This document shows positions 25,971 to 34,006 of a DNA stretch of 64,000 nucleotides, piece after piece (positions within the stretch are counted from its first letter, which is position 1; each line of letters begins with the position of its first letter). The notes beneath the pieces are model-generated. The model saw nothing but the letters and a program-made list of their open reading frames with translations. It was not told the origin of the DNA and searched no databases. This DNA comes from an uncultured Candidatus Poseidoniales archaeon. Its GTDB lineage: Archaea > Thermoplasmatota > Poseidoniia > Poseidoniales > Thalassarchaeaceae. A program made the position numbers and the translations under genes. The stretch spans positions 28,354 through 92,353 of the forward strand of contig CAWVWT010000003.1 of NCBI GenBank assembly GCA_963934015.1, read 5' to 3'.

Positions 25971-26990
25971 CTACTCTTCCTCTGCGAGGAAACCTGCTCG
26001 CGCTGCCGCTCGTCGTTCCTTTCTTTCATCACGTGGAATTGGGGCTCTAGATTCAATGTCGCGAGTTTTATTTCCACCTGGCATTTTTCCGGTTAGAACA
26101 CTAGCTTTTGCGTCATGAAATTCAGTTGCAGTTAGCCACCCATCTCTGCGCATATCTGCCAATCTTTCCAGTCGCTCAATCATCTCAATAGGGTCAATTG
26201 TTGATTGTATTCCATTGCTGGATTTCCGATTCCTTGCCCAAAGAACCTGTGAGAGTGTTGCCGCTAGAAGTCCATACAGTGCAATCCCTGTGAACATGAG
26301 AAAAATTGCCACAACGCGCCCTCCTGTTGTAACGGGGGCGTAATCGCCGTAACCGACGGTTGTGGCTGTGGTAATTGCCCACCACATGGCTTGCGGTAGC
26401 GTTTGTATACACGTTTCACCGCATGCTGCATCTGTGGCGTGTTGTTCAAACAAATATGCGATAAAACCACCGGCAAAGCCGATTGAAGTCACAACAAAAA
26501 TCAAATGTTGAATCTGCCGTTGAACCGGGGATTCCTCGCTTGTTTCATGTAACCCGAGCAAATTGGTAGCAAGTGAATACACTTTCGTTAGATGAACCAT
26601 TCTCAACAATACTACAAACTGAAGCGAAGGGATTGCTGCAAGGATGACTGGAGTCAATCCGAGCAAACCCCAACTTTGTGCACGCCACCATTCAGCACGG
26701 TCTTCTGCATTGGACATATCTTTCGCGAGTTGAGCGACAAAGAATCCAACTAAGGCCAGATCAAGAATTGCCAATACCCAGAACATTGTTGGATTGGAAT
26801 TGACCAAGTCTTCTTGGATGACAAAGATTACGATTCCAATGGAGATAAGCGAGAAAATCAATTCGAGATTTTCAGGTCGAACCCAGTTAGACCACCAGAA
26901 GGTTTTGTCATCTACGACAACATCCTCTTCCGGCATGGACTGGCATCGGCTAAGCCGAGTTCTTGAGTGTTCGGTGCGCCCATGGGGCAC
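25971..26990 (-). CDS. Six-TM-type potassium channel with C-terminal SHOCT-like motif
   Basis: The selectivity filter is TTATTVGYGDYAP. An S4-like helix is QFVVLLRMVHLTKVY. The C-terminal RRDGWLTATEFHDAKASVLTGK resembles SHOCT. The start is the GTG at 26990 or the ATG at 26936. Confidence 0.8.
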   Translation of the reverse strand: MPHGRTEHSRTRLSRCQSMPEEDVVVDDKTFWWSNWVRPENLELIFSLISIGIVIFVIQEDLVNSNPTMFWVLAILDLALVGFFVAQLAKDMSNAEDRAEWWRAQSWGLLGLTPVILAAIPSLQFVVLLRMVHLTKVYSLATNLLGLHETSEESPVQRQIQHLIFVVTSIGFAGGFIAYLFEQHATDAACGETCIQTLPQAMWWAITTATTVGYGDYAPVTTGGRVVAIFLMFTGIALYGLLAATLSQVLWARNRKSSNGIQSTIDPIEMIERLERLADMRRDGWLTATEFHDAKASVLTGKMPGGNKTRDIESRAPIPRDERKERRAAARAGFLAEEE

Positions 26991-27010
26991 AACGATGATT
27001 CACAAGTAAT

Positions 27011-28087
27011 TCATACATCGTCGAGAGACTCTTCATCGTCGACAGATTCCTCATCAGGGTCATCAGCATTGAATTCTAGTTGGGCCCGTTTCCATTTCCC
27101 AGCTGAGCACAGCACGATATTGGCAATTGGGTCCCCGGCTCGCACCAATGGATTCAACGCCAAGCCTACAATAACCCCCGTTCTCGGACTCTCAATACTA
27201 TCGGTTTGTTCACCGAGTGGGTCTGTGACAAGGGCAATATCCTGTCCTTTCTTGACATGTTCTCCAACATTGACAAGGCTGTAAAGGAGCCCTCCCGCCT
27301 CGGCTCTGGCCCACTTTGAGCGACGTACAAGAAGCCTAACAGCTGGCAGTCGATTTTCTCTCGTAATCATCCCAAGGTGCCCCATAACATTGAGAACACC
27401 TTCAATCCCTGCATGTACTGCATCCATCTCAAATCGGTGGGCTGTACCGGCTTCCAGAAGAATGGTTGGTATTCCTTCCTTGGTGGCCGTTCGCCGAAGT
27501 GACCCTTTTGGCCCAGTAGAATGGAGGATAATTTGAGTTCCGAAGGCTCGGGCGAGTTCCATGCACTTCTTCAGATCGAAATTTGCTCGGATGTGCGGGA
27601 GGTTTGTCCTCGAGTGAGGTGCAGAATGTAAATCGATTAGGAAGTCCGCTCGTTTCACCACAGAATTGAACAGAGTGTATGCAATTCTTTGTGATTGATT
27701 ACCATGTTCCTTGCCAGGAAAGAGTCGATTGATATCCCTGTTATCGGGGCCCCCTCGCTGTTCTAGGAGCATGCCTTCGATATTGACGACAGGAACGAAG
27801 ATGAGGGTCCCGGCCAACTCCTTGCGGGAAATTCGGTCATCTTCCGTTCCTGCGATATGATCATCTCCGTGAATGAGGTGATGAGCCACAGAAACACCAT
27901 TCAGCTCATCGCCATGTATGCCTGCTGTTAGCGCTAATACTGGACCGGGTTGGGTGCCGTGAATGATGTATACTGGGATAGTGCGCCTATTCCCAGCAGG
28001 GCCATCACCGAGTTCGAGCGAGACTTCTTTACCAGTTCCCGGGGCGATTTCGGCACCCTCGAAATGAAAAGAATTGATGTCGGCCAC
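27011..28087 (-). CDS. Succinylglutamate desuccinylase/aspartoacylase (AstE/AspA) family zinc deacylase
   Basis: LALTAGIHGDELNG (Zn-binding H..E), DINRLFPG and LIDLHSAP are family hallmarks. A C-terminal barrel-like segment precedes an acidic tail. Confidence 0.8.
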   Translation of the reverse strand: MADINSFHFEGAEIAPGTGKEVSLELGDGPAGNRRTIPVYIIHGTQPGPVLALTAGIHGDELNGVSVAHHLIHGDDHIAGTEDDRISRKELAGTLIFVPVVNIEGMLLEQRGGPDNRDINRLFPGKEHGNQSQRIAYTLFNSVVKRADFLIDLHSAPHSRTNLPHIRANFDLKKCMELARAFGTQIILHSTGPKGSLRRTATKEGIPTILLEAGTAHRFEMDAVHAGIEGVLNVMGHLGMITRENRLPAVRLLVRRSKWARAEAGGLLYSLVNVGEHVKKGQDIALVTDPLGEQTDSIESPRTGVIVGLALNPLVRAGDPIANIVLCSAGKWKRAQLEFNADDPDEESVDDEESLDDV

Positions 28088-28325
28088 ACTGTGCCCACAT
28101 TCTCATTTGATAACAATCCCTGCCCCACTTCCAATTCCTTAGGTCCTCGATATACGAGAGTTCAAGAACCTCCGCAACCGGGTGGTGGTCTCTGGAGGTA
28201 ATGGAGTGCCGCGTCTTCCCCAAACAGCACGACCGACCATTGTTCTCTGCCCGGGCTGTTTTGCAGCCCAAGCAGGACGTGCTCGTGCGGTCGCGGTCTT
28301 TTGACCCCCACAGGAGTAGCTCGAA

Positions 28326-30029
28326 ATGTCTAACCTAGAAGAGTTTGAAAATGAGATTCGTGCGGTCAAAGAAGCCGTGCCAGATGCCGATGAAGAAGCG
28401 ATAGCAGGAGAATTTGTTCGTTATCGAGATGAATTCCTCGTGCCACCCAAACATGCCCTCAGAAGTGTCATTGAACATTTCCAAAAAGAAGCGGGAATGG
28501 AAGTTAATGCTCCAAAAACCACTTCTTCCCGCCCCGCAGCAAAATCAGTGGAACGATTCACAGATCTTTCATCTGATGATTCCAATATTACCATTGAAGT
28601 CGAGGTCGTCACCTATGTGCCTCGTATGCAAATGGTGCGTGGAGAAGAAAAACAGATTGCATTTGGATGGATTGAAGACAACCCCTGGGTGGATGGTGGA
28701 GAGCGCACCCGTTGGGATTTCAAGGACTGGGGCAGTCATGCTGAAAATCTAAGTCCAGGTAGTGTTGTTCGTCTAGAAGGTGTATCTGTCAATGAATGGA
28801 ACGGAAAACGTTCTCTCAACATCAATCAGACCAGCCGTGTTGCTGTATTGCGTGGCGGTGAACGCAAGGTTGTTGTCGCCCCATCAGAACCAACATCAAT
28901 TGATCGAGTTCTTTCGATGGATGGTTTTGCTACCGTTGTTGCGCGTGTTATTTCGACACGTCCGATGACTGTGAATAAGAAGGATGGCAGTGGTACCATA
29001 GACATGGTCAAGGGACGCCTTGCTGATGACAGCGGAACCATTGGTTTTGCTTGTTTTGGGAGTTTTGAACATCCAGTCGGAACACTCCTCAAGATTGAGG
29101 GTGCTGCGATTCGTCGATTCCGAAATACGCCAGAGTTGAACATTGGAGACCGGACTAAGGTGGAAATTTATCATGAAGAAGGATTTTCCAGTCTAGAAGA
29201 TCTCGCCGTCTCATCTGTGATGCAAATTAGCCAGCTGCGAGATGGGGCTGCCGATGTTGGCATCACAGTTCAACTCACATCGTGGAGCAGCCGTAGTTTC
29301 ACAGGAAAAGATGGAGTCGACAAAACAGTCTGGGGTGGCGATGCAGTCGACCCAACTGGGTCTTGTAGATTGACAGCCTGGTCAGAATTACCTATCGACG
29401 AAGGTTCACTCCCTCTCGCTTTGAAACTTAACAATGTCCGCGTACGTTCATGGCAAGGAACACCCGATTTGACAATCGATCGAGGTGATCAAGTCGAAAT
29501 CCTTGACGACATGCCTTGGGAAGCAATTGATGCTAGTAAGCATTCAGTCGAAGTGGACTTTTCCGAACTCCTCTCGGGCGGATCTCGCAGTGGTGTGACC
29601 AGTACTGCAACAGTCATTTCAGTTCAGGCAGGATCGGGAATTATTCATCGATGCCCAGAGTGCAAGAAGGCAATGCGTGATGGGGCGTGTAGAGATCATG
29701 GTCCCCAAGAAGGAGTCGAAGATTTACGATTGCGCATCATCCTTGATGATGGACTTGCCAACGGCGCGTTGATTTTAGGTCGTAATAGTGCTGAAGCATT
29801 CTTGGGTCAATCAATGGCTGATGTACAGGATGCAACAAAAGGTGATGGTGGTGAAGCATTCTTAGCTGACTTACGAAGTCGAATGCTCGGACGGAAACAC
29901 ACGTTTACTGGACGAGCAATGATTGATGCTCAAGGGGCACTGCTTATGGCTGACAATTTTGTTCTTGCCGAACTTGATTTGACTGAATCAGCCAATAAAG
30001 TGCGAGAGCGCTGGGGGGTGTTCGTATGA
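28326..30029 (+). CDS. rpa: Replication protein A (ssDNA-binding, multiple OB folds plus zinc finger)
   Basis: Repeated OB-like segments (VVTYV...G...IAFGWIEDN; VVARVIS...MVKGRLADDSGTIGFACF; ITVQLTSW...CRLTAWSE) are followed by the zinc ribbon HRCPECKKAMRDGACRDHG. An AGGAG Shine-Dalgarno motif precedes the ATG. The stop overlaps the next gene (ATGA). Confidence 0.8.
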   Translation: MSNLEEFENEIRAVKEAVPDADEEAIAGEFVRYRDEFLVPPKHALRSVIEHFQKEAGMEVNAPKTTSSRPAAKSVERFTDLSSDDSNITIEVEVVTYVPRMQMVRGEEKQIAFGWIEDNPWVDGGERTRWDFKDWGSHAENLSPGSVVRLEGVSVNEWNGKRSLNINQTSRVAVLRGGERKVVVAPSEPTSIDRVLSMDGFATVVARVISTRPMTVNKKDGSGTIDMVKGRLADDSGTIGFACFGSFEHPVGTLLKIEGAAIRRFRNTPELNIGDRTKVEIYHEEGFSSLEDLAVSSVMQISQLRDGAADVGITVQLTSWSSRSFTGKDGVDKTVWGGDAVDPTGSCRLTAWSELPIDEGSLPLALKLNNVRVRSWQGTPDLTIDRGDQVEILDDMPWEAIDASKHSVEVDFSELLSGGSRSGVTSTATVISVQAGSGIIHRCPECKKAMRDGACRDHGPQEGVEDLRLRIILDDGLANGALILGRNSAEAFLGQSMADVQDATKGDGGEAFLADLRSRMLGRKHTFTGRAMIDAQGALLMADNFVLAELDLTESANKVRERWGVFV

Positions 30030-31000
30030 TGGGTGGACAGCAACGCAGTCGCCGTCAAACAGCGACCCGTTTGTTTGCGCGTGAATTCTATGAATCCAGC
30101 CTCCCAGATGGGGGGCAGGGCGAATATGATCCACGTTTTATTGTCACCAAACTAGGTGCGCGTGTAAATCGGATGTTCGTATGTGGAGTTGTCGAACGAC
30201 TTGAGCGAAGAGATACGGAAAGAGGCCCCATGTTCAGTGGTGCGGTTCGAGACCCCACCGGCTTACACCTGTGGAGTGTTGGTTCATTTCGTCCCGAATT
30301 GCATATTGAGATGGAAGAGTTGGTTGCACGCTTTGAGGGCGGTGACCGATTTCTGATGGCGTGTATTGGTAAATCAAATCACTACACCACAGAGGATGGT
30401 GGGTTCCGATGCCGAATGCAAATGGAAGATTATTCCATCATTGATCGTGATGTTTACGCATCTTGGTTGGTCGAAACAGCGGACCAAACAATGCGCCGAA
30501 TCGAGGCACTCGAGAAAGCTCAATCTGCTGAAACGACAGATTCGAATGCTCTACGTGATGCAGGTGTTCCAAACGACCTGATAGACGGCCTAGGATTGGC
30601 GTTGAACCACTACGGGGAATGGGATTCAGAGGGGTACAAAGTGGGAGTCCTTCAGGCGCTCAGTGCAGCGGAAGGACGCGTAATATCTTTCGAGGAACAT
30701 GAGGCTGACTCACCACCTTCTTCCAATGATGAAAATAAAGCATCGACAGGTGTCAAAACGGTTGAAGAACCAGTCGAAAAACCAACCCCGTCTACGGATG
30801 GTTTGGAAATTGAAACTGTTGTATTAGAAGTCGTTGGAGAACATGGTGGTGATGAGGGAATCGACTACGATTCTATCATGAAGCATTGTGCACAACGTGG
30901 ATTCACCGACGAGGATTCGATTGAGGATGCATTGTACGCGCTCCGTGATGACAAATGCGAAATTATGGAACCACGTTTTGGTTGGTTCAAAACATTGTGA
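30026..31000 (+). CDS. RPA-associated protein (Rpap / COG3390-like OB-fold partner)
   Basis: It is translationally coupled to rpa. The N-terminus RLFAREFYES...YDPRFIVTKLGARVNRMFVCGVV...GAVRDPTG matches the euryarchaeal Rpa-associated protein layout. The family call is from memory and gene context. Confidence 0.65.
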   Translation: MMGGQQRSRRQTATRLFAREFYESSLPDGGQGEYDPRFIVTKLGARVNRMFVCGVVERLERRDTERGPMFSGAVRDPTGLHLWSVGSFRPELHIEMEELVARFEGGDRFLMACIGKSNHYTTEDGGFRCRMQMEDYSIIDRDVYASWLVETADQTMRRIEALEKAQSAETTDSNALRDAGVPNDLIDGLGLALNHYGEWDSEGYKVGVLQALSAAEGRVISFEEHEADSPPSSNDENKASTGVKTVEEPVEKPTPSTDGLEIETVVLEVVGEHGGDEGIDYDSIMKHCAQRGFTDEDSIEDALYALRDDKCEIMEPRFGWFKTL

Positions 31001-31003
31001 GTT

Positions 31004-31020
31004 CCGTCCCTAAGGGACGG
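31004..31020 (+). terminator. Perfect 7-bp hairpin CCGTCCC-TAA-GGGACGG directly after the rpap stop (terminator or processing element; function uncertain)
   Basis: The inverted repeat is read directly from the sequence. It is followed by TCCCCCCCC rather than a T-tract, so it is not a canonical archaeal oligo-T terminator. Confidence 0.3.
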
Positions 31021-31076
31021 TCCCCCCCCGCTAGTTTGAAGGCAGTTCCATGGTGTTGCCCCCTTGAGGCGTGGCT

Positions 31077-31421
31077 ATGGCACAAGCAGGTACAGTGTTT
31101 CTCCGAGGATTCGACGGGGATTGGCTCCAGTTCGATAATTGCCGTATTTCAGTGAATATCCGTCGGCGTATCACCCGTGAAGTGAAGCGCGGTGGTGAAG
31201 GCGATGACCTCGTCGATGAGGGCGCTGAGTCGGCTGTTTACACCATGTGTGGCCACCTCGGTATCGCTGGTTATCGAGATGTGTTGAGCATATTCCGCAG
31301 TGCCGAAGTCTGGCTTCTTGATCCGTTTACAGAGACTGAAATCAAGGTCGCTTTCCACCGATTGGAATACGACGGTGATGATGGTGCATATTCCTTCGAA
31401 TTAATTGAGGACGTGATTTAG
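31077..31421 (+). CDS. Hypothetical soluble protein, first gene of the type-IV-filament-like module
   Basis: 115-aa ORF (the GTG at 31071 is also possible). GAGG lies 7 nt upstream of the ATG. It has no TM segment and no motif I recognise. There is a 2-nt gap to the next gene. Confidence 0.5.
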   Translation: MAQAGTVFLRGFDGDWLQFDNCRISVNIRRRITREVKRGGEGDDLVDEGAESAVYTMCGHLGIAGYRDVLSIFRSAEVWLLDPFTETEIKVAFHRLEYDGDDGAYSFELIEDVI

Positions 31422-31423
31422 GC

Positions 31424-32008
31424 ATGGCAACCAACGCTGAGGAATCTGCGGATCTCCTCTACGCTATGCGCGCAGTCATGGTATTACTTGGTTCGGGAAT
31501 TGGACTTGAAGCAGCAATGCAGATGATTGCGCGCGGCGGTTATGGCGTCATTTCAAAGGATTTCAACGAAGCAATTGCAAATTTACAACGTGGTTCAAAA
31601 TTGGAAAGTGAATTTTCACGCTTGAGTACTAAGGCCAATAGCAAGGCCTATACTCGTTTTCTCAATACGTTACGAGCAAATGTGACAAGTGATACCGACT
31701 TGGTTCGAGCATTGACACAACAATCTGAGCGTGAAGAAGAAGAGCGTAATGAAAAATTAGCAACATACATCGAAAAGTTGTCTGGGATGCCAACAATTTT
31801 GTTGACCTTTGGAATTCTTTCACCAATTATTTTTGGAATTGCTGCTATGATTCCAGTTATCGCACCTGGTTTGATGGCCAGTGGAATTCCTGGTATGTCA
31901 TCGATTGCCGCTGCTGCAGCCTGTTTTGGCCCTGCTCTATTCTTGACTTTGTTACTGATGGCAATGTTTGGCTACAAAGCCCACTCGAGCGACCCGGGGG
32001 TAATCTGA
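31424..32008 (+). CDS. Single-domain T2SSF (GspF/TadC/FlaJ-like) platform membrane protein
   Basis: A cytoplasmic helical segment LLYAMRAVMVLLGSGIGLEAAMQMIARGGYGVISKDFNEAIANLQRGSKLESEF is followed by two TM helices. It sits upstream of a secretion ATPase. Confidence 0.6.
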   Translation: MATNAEESADLLYAMRAVMVLLGSGIGLEAAMQMIARGGYGVISKDFNEAIANLQRGSKLESEFSRLSTKANSKAYTRFLNTLRANVTSDTDLVRALTQQSEREEEERNEKLATYIEKLSGMPTILLTFGILSPIIFGIAAMIPVIAPGLMASGIPGMSSIAAAAACFGPALFLTLLLMAMFGYKAHSSDPGVI

Positions 32009-32754
32009 TGCAGATGCTCTGGGATGTTTACGAATTATTCAGTCAGAGCATATTTCTCGTGCTCATCGTACCGATTACATTGCCCTGTCTGGCAGGTGCG
32101 ATTCCTGGATTTCTAGAGCGTCGCCGGCGTCGACAATTGGAGGAAGCACTCCCTGAGGTGCTCGAATCTATTTCATCCAGCATTGTTGCGGGCCTAGGTC
32201 TACAGCAGGCTTTGACTGAAATTTCAAGAAATCGACAAGATGAAACAGGAAAGTTGTTGACGCAGGCTATCGAGAGATCACGCTCAACCTCATTTGATGC
32301 CGCTCTTGCAGAGTATGCCATCAACAGTAGAAGCATTCTCATTCAACGGGTCGTGAATTTACTATCGACGGCGATTGAACAAGATGCTCCTTTGGGTGAA
32401 GTTACCAATTCAATGTCGATAGAATATGACCGTTTGAACAAACTAATCAATACCAGAGAAAGGGAAATGTCCGGGCAATCTTTCTTGCTTTTGATGTTGA
32501 TGTGCCTTCTTCTCCCGGGTGTCATGGGGTTCATGTTCGCAGTCTTTGGCCTCGCAGCTAGTGGGGCCTACTGGGGGCATATCCACAATGTGATGATGCC
32601 CTACCTCATGGCTTCGGCCGCTCTCAGTGTCGTCATTTCCGGTCGAATGCTCGGACGAACCAAGCAAGCATTGTGGTGGATTCCATTTTGGTCTACCATC
32701 TCAGCTCTGCTATACATGGGTCTGTTTGAAGCCATTCAAAGTGGGATGACGTGA
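32008..32754 (+). CDS. Single-domain T2SSF (GspF/TadB/FlaJ-like) platform membrane protein
   Basis: An N-terminal TM helix is followed by LEEALPEVLESISSSIVAGLGLQQALTEISR...FDAALAEYA (T2SSF-like) and three C-terminal TM helices. The start overlaps the previous stop (TGATG). Confidence 0.6.
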   Translation: MQMLWDVYELFSQSIFLVLIVPITLPCLAGAIPGFLERRRRRQLEEALPEVLESISSSIVAGLGLQQALTEISRNRQDETGKLLTQAIERSRSTSFDAALAEYAINSRSILIQRVVNLLSTAIEQDAPLGEVTNSMSIEYDRLNKLINTREREMSGQSFLLLMLMCLLLPGVMGFMFAVFGLAASGAYWGHIHNVMMPYLMASAALSVVISGRMLGRTKQALWWIPFWSTISALLYMGLFEAIQSGMT

Positions 32755-32764
32755 GGTGAAAATT

Positions 32765-34006
32765 ATGTCTGGAACAGAACTTGCTCGATACGGCTCAGTG
32801 GCAATTTACATGGAACGAGGACACCCTAGTCCAATGTACCATTATGATGGACAAGTCTCTGACAACCCCTATGGTGAATTGGCCATTCTGCTTGAAGATG
32901 ATCAACTTGAAGAGGTCATGTACAACGGTGGTGGTCAATGCGTGAAAGTGGCTCATCGTGAATTTGGAATTTGCCGTACAAATATTTGGATGGATGATGA
33001 AACAGGTGTCCAAGTCGCCAAGAATATCGCTGCATTCACCAATGTTCCACTTGGAAATGGTCCCGGCCTCGTCCCTCTTTTCGACGGACGGTTACCTGAT
33101 GGTTCCCGTGTAAACGGTACACTTTCACCCATCTCACCCGATGGTCCAACACTCACCATTCGGAAATTCCGTGAGGACCCCATCACCATCATTGATCTGA
33201 TGAATTGGGGCACCGTTAACAGCCGCTTGGCCGCCATGATGTGGGTTTGGGTCGAAGGACTCAATGCACGTCCGGCCAATTTTGTAATCGCAGGCGGCAC
33301 GGGTTCGGGAAAGACGACAACCCTCAATTGTCTAGGGATGTTCATTCCATGGGACAAGCGCTTACTCACCGTAGAGGATACAGCCGAATTGCAAGTATAT
33401 CATGACCACTGGTTGCGTATGGAGACGCGCCAGGAACGACCAGATGGGACCACTTCAATCACGATGGATGATTGCTTGAAGTCGAGTTTACGAATGCGCC
33501 CAGATCGAATCATTGTCGGTGAAGTACGTGGTTCAGAGGCTGCAACATTGCTAACGGCGATGAATACGGGTCACGACGGTTCGTGCGGAAGTCTTCACTC
33601 AAACACAGCAGCAGAGACGGTAACACGCCTCACAAGTGCTCCCATGAATGTCCCTCCAATTATGCTCACTGGACTAGATCTCATCATTATGCAAAGTCGA
33701 GTTCACAAGGGCGGTAAGATGCTCCGTCGAATCACAGAGGTTGCTGAAATTTCAGGTATGGAAGGAAACAAGCCACGCCTGAACCCTATTTGGAAATATG
33801 AACCGACAACCGATACCATTGTTGAAACCGGTGTACCTAGTAAATTCAGAGAAACGCTGTGTGCATCTGCTGGTATTCGCCCCTCGGATTTCGAAGCAGC
33901 GATTCAGATGCGTGAACAAATCCTCCTTGATTTACAGGCAAAAGGTTACCGTAGCATCACAGAGGTGACCAAAATATTCCAATCCTACTATTCATCGAAT
34001 CGATGA
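32765..34006 (+). CDS. Type II/IV secretion system ATPase (T2SSE family, CpaF/TadA-FlaI clade)
   Basis: Walker A IAGGTGSGKTTTLN, Walker B-like LLTVEDTAEL, RMRPDRIIVGEVRGSEAATLLTAMNTGHDGSCGSLHSN (Asp and His boxes). A GAGGTGA Shine-Dalgarno motif precedes the ATG at 32765. The track start is a GTG at 32756. Confidence 0.85.
   Translation: MSGTELARYGSVAIYMERGHPSPMYHYDGQVSDNPYGELAILLEDDQLEEVMYNGGGQCVKVAHREFGICRTNIWMDDETGVQVAKNIAAFTNVPLGNGPGLVPLFDGRLPDGSRVNGTLSPISPDGPTLTIRKFREDPITIIDLMNWGTVNSRLAAMMWVWVEGLNARPANFVIAGGTGSGKTTTLNCLGMFIPWDKRLLTVEDTAELQVYHDHWLRMETRQERPDGTTSITMDDCLKSSLRMRPDRIIVGEVRGSEAATLLTAMNTGHDGSCGSLHSNTAAETVTRLTSAPMNVPPIMLTGLDLIIMQSRVHKGGKMLRRITEVAEISGMEGNKPRLNPIWKYEPTTDTIVETGVPSKFRETLCASAGIRPSDFEAAIQMREQILLDLQAKGYRSITEVTKIFQSYYSSNR

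Noticed and set aside
28088-28325. Possible SRP RNA, RNase P RNA, tRNA or C/D-box sRNA in the long GC-rich spacer
   Set aside because: The spacer is too short for RNase P or SRP RNA and lacks their universal motifs. I could not fold a cloverleaf, and no RUGAUGA/CUGA box pair is present. It is kept only as a generic candidate structured leader or sRNA in the findings.
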